From positions 6,273,363 through 6,337,362 of the forward strand of contig NC_083433.1 in assembly GCF_020745735.1 (NCBI RefSeq): a DNA stretch of 64,000 bases, read 5' to 3'. This document shows, in pieces, positions 60,238 through 64,000 of this stretch (position 1 is the first letter of the stretch; every line of letters begins with the position of its first letter). Source of the DNA: Hemiscyllium ocellatum. Taxonomy: Eukaryota. The notes below the pieces were generated by a model. The model was not told the DNA's origin. It saw only the letters and a program-made list of their open reading frames with translations, and did not search any database. The translations under genes and the position numbers were made by a program.

Positions 60238-60599
60238 GACCATCCATCCAAGGGTCGTATAGATACAATACATCAGTTTCACTGTCCTCCTGGCTGTTTT
60301 TAATTTAGTAACTTTAATAACCACGGTGATCAGGCAGCCTTTTAACAGCCTTTATCAGCAGAACAAGCAATGCCTGGTTCTGTCCTGCACAGTAGGCTAT
60401 TGGTCCTGTGAAGTTGGCCACTTCTCCCCCATCTCCCTTGTAGAGACTTAACCATTAACCATTCTGGTACGCAATGTTGGAATTCAGATGCAGACAAGTC
60501 ATGACACAACTGAGCCTACAACACTCATCGCATGAGTACATATAATACAATTCAGGCAAGAATGAGATAGTGCATTGACTGCACAGTCCTGGTTGAAAT

Positions 60600-61300
60600 T
60601 CCACCGTACAGAAACAAACCCTTCAGGTCAACTCGTCCATGCTGACCACATTTCCCAACTTAAAGTAGTCCTGCTTGCCAGCATTTGGCCCATTTCCCTC
60701 CAAATAAATTCTCTCATCTCCCTTTCCTATTCATGTAACTGTCCAAATATCTTTTAAATATTGCAACAGTACTTACATCCACAGTTTCCTCTAGCAATTC
60801 ATTCCACATACAAACCATCCTCTGTGTGAAAAGGTTGCCTCTCAGGTCCCTTTTAAATCTTTTCTCCTCTCACCCTTAAAATATACCAACTAATTTTGAA
60901 CTCACCCACTCTAGGGGGAAAAAAACCTTTGCCATTCACCTTTTTATGCCCTTCACAATTTTACAAATATGTATAAGGCCACCCTTCAGCTTCTATGCTC
61001 CTGGGAAAGAAAATCCCAGCCTATCCATCCTCTCGTTATAATTGAAATCTCTAGTTCTGGCAACATCCTGATAAATCTGTTCTGAACCTTCTTCCTATGG
61101 CAGGTGACTAGCACTGTACACAGTATCCCAGAAGAAGCCTCATCAACATGTTGTACAACTTCAACATGGCGTCCCAACTCTTACACTCAATGATCTGAGC
61201 AATGAAGGAAAACATGTTAAACGTCTTAACCACCCTGTGTCCCGATGATGCAACTATCAAAAAACTATGCACCTGAACCCTTGGGTCCATCAATATTCTA
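60600..61300 (-). mobile_element. CR1-type LINE 3' fragment
   Basis: LLGYCVQ and NRFIRMLPE motifs. Confidence 0.78.
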
Positions 61301-61334
61301 GGGTTTATCAATAACCTGAACTGACCAGCCAACA

Positions 61335-61890
61335 ATCCTGCAACTCACCTCTGACTCCTTAAACCCTGTCCACCATGTACAATGCTCAAGTCAGGTGTGT
61401 GATGGAATACTCCCCACTTGTCGAGATGGGTGCAGTTCTAACAACACTCAAGAAGCTTGACACCATCCAGGATAAAGCAGTCCACTTGGTTGGCACTAAA
61501 TCTACAAACATCTACTCCCTTCACCACCAACGCTAAGTAGCAGCAGTGTGTACTATCTACAAATGCCCACCACAGAAATTCACCAAAGCTTGTAGACAGC
61601 ACTTTTTAAACTCATGATCATATTCATTTAGAAGGACAAGGACAGCAGATACAATGAACACCGTCCCCTGCAAGTACCCTTCCACATTCATCCTGACTAG
61701 GAAATATGTTATCATTCCTTCACTGTCACTGGGTCAATTCCTGGGAATTCCTTCCCAAACATCACTGTGGGTCTATCTACAGCACTTGGACTGAATTGGT
61801 TCAAGGGACTACTAATCATCACCCTCTCAAGGGACAATTAGGACTGCAAATTTGTTGCCCAGTGATGCTTACATTTCTTGAATGAATACA
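61335..61890 (+). mobile_element. Non-LTR retrotransposon 3' fragment (different family)
   Basis: LSTMYNAQVRCVMEYSPL...TLKKLDTIQDKA...LHHQR; related pieces near 43535-43880. Confidence 0.65.
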
Positions 61891-64000
61891 TAAAAGAGGA
61901 GGAGAAATGGAAACATGATCCTTTAGCCTATAGCTAGAAGTGTAATAGGCCTTTCTGGCTATTTGCAACACAGGATCCTTAAAATGTTTAGACAGTAGAG
62001 ATTAAAAGACAGAGAAACTATCTATTTGCTTTTATAGATGTATTAGAGCTGCTGAAGATCAGCATCTATCAAAACAAGAATTTATTGTAATGTTGGAATC
62101 CAGCACTGCCCACACTGTGTAATTGTGCACCTAATGCACCCTTAAACAAACATCTGGAACACCCTGGGTAGATTCATTGCCACCAGTCCTCCTTGTTCCT
62201 ACTAGAGTATGATACCAGTACCAAAACCCATATGGTGTAAGCCATTTGGCCCATTGAGCCTGTTCCACCATTCAATGAGAACACAGAACACTTTCCTGTC
62301 TTTTCCCCATAATCCTTGATTTGCTTACTGATGATAAAAACAGTCTATCTCAGCCTTGAATATACTTAACAACCCAACTCTATGATAAATAATTGCACAG
62401 ATTCACTACCTTCTGAAGGAAGGAATTTCTCCTCATCTTAGTCTTAAGTATGAAACGTCTTATTCTGGATGATGCTTTCCAGTCCTGGACTTTCTCGTAA
62501 GGGCGAACAACCTGTCAGCACCTACCCTGCCAAGTCCTCAAAGAACCTTGCATGTTTCAATAAGGTTGAACCTATCTTCTGCAGTTTCTAGTTGCAGATT
62601 GGAAGCAGTAGGAGAATGCAAGATGCTCCAGCTACTGATGAATCTATAGATTTATAGATATGTTTAATGTTCTGATCTTCAGAAATGCACAATTAACTGA
62701 ATACCATTCATAGTTGGGCTTACTACATGATCATATATTGACTTGAAATTGAGGAAGGGTTGAGATTTAAAAGATAGGCATGGGGTTGGAAAATTGTCTG
62801 ACAATGGATTTATACATTGTCCCTTCGTTCCCGAGTGTATTTTCAAAATCACAAGGTTATACAGCACAGAAGGATTCCACTCAGATAATTTTTCGTATTT
62901 AGAAGCTTTACAATGTACTACTCCTTTTTGCCCTTTCCCCAGTGCTCTATATTTATCCTTTTTATCGTAGTATCTAATTCCTTTTAAAGTTCCTGTTGAA
63001 TCTCCTTCCACTGCCATTACAGACAAACGTGTTCCAAATCACAGCAACTCGCTGTGGCAAAAAAAAACCCACACCTCAACTCTTGGACTATAATGACAGT
63101 TACCTTTGGTAACCAACTTGTCCCTCAATGGAAACTTCCTCATTTATTCCTTCAGAATTTTCAAGACCACTTAAATCTCCCTCTTAACCTGCTCAAAAGA
63201 AATCCTCTTCCCTGGTCCAAAGTCCCTTGTCACTGCTATCATTTGGGTGAAACTCAAGTGCACCCTTTCCAATGACTTGACATCATTCCTGAACCATATT
63301 GGACCCAGAGTCAGTCAAAAACTCCAGTTGAGGCCTAAATTATTGTCAGTTCCATTTGTTAGTGGTAGCCTTCCTGAGATCCACATTCTTTCACCTTAAA
63401 TCATTCAACTTTCCAAAACTCTTATGAGATCAGAAGATTACTCTCTCCTCATTTTAAAAGCTGCCATTGCACTTGAATGTCAAGTCAATTATCACCAAGG
63501 CTCTGATGTTTGGGTTTTCAGCAGTAAGTCTTTGTGCTTAATCTATTTGATGATTGGAGGGAGTTGCACTTAGGTTAATGGGTGGCAGATATTCAGAATT
63601 CACTGTACTGATTTTTCTGTCATTTGTCCAAGTCTAGTTTGGAGCTATGAAAGGAATAGGGTGGGGTATCCTTGGCAAAGCCAAATATTTGTTGTCCACC
63701 CGCCACCCCCCATTCCAAATTGCCCTTGAGTAGAGTGGCTCACATGGCTATTTCAAAGTGTAGTTAATGGTCAACCACATTGCTGTGGATTTACAGACAC
63801 AGCCAGACCGGGTAAGGACAGAGCAGTCACAACCGCAATGAGATTTTTAAAAATGGCAATCAATGTTAGTCCCATGGTCAGCATTCCTGAAACTAGCTGG
63901 CCAAGTCCATGGTTTCAATTTATGAATTAATTGAATTTCCCATTGTCTTGATGGGGATTTGAACATGTCACCCCAGATCATGAGCCTGGATTACTTACTC

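Overview
Vertebrate genomic DNA, almost certainly an elasmobranch (shark): it is dense in HE1-type tRNA-derived SINEs, CR1/HER1-type LINE fragments, Penelope-derived elements carrying hammerhead motifs, and Tx1 and Rex1-like pieces. The only confidently coding sequence is a cluster of three intact 4-exon ferritin paralogs. All three have phase-0 introns and 147/126-nt internal exons, and I translated them by hand. Gene A (+, 27808-30325, 177 aa) is a canonical H/M-type cytosolic subunit with a full ferroxidase centre and a textbook 5' IRE. Gene B (-, 41767-33341, 224 aa) keeps the ferroxidase ligands, has no IRE, sits under a CpG-island promoter with YY1 and CCAAT sites, and carries a 48-aa Arg-rich, acid-free N-terminal extension that looks like a mitochondrial presequence. 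It is therefore a candidate intron-containing mitochondrial ferritin, unlike the intronless mammalian FTMT retrogene. Gene C (+, 47340-56797, 175 aa) is intact, TATA-driven and IRE-less, and has lost much of the iron entry and oxidation pathway (E61K, H65Q, H118Y, C130S, D131N, E140K in human H-chain numbering). The left 27 kb holds minisatellites, an assembly gap, a candidate minus-strand microexon and weak evidence for an unidentified spliced transcript. Comparisons with reference proteins are from memory and need alignment to confirm.
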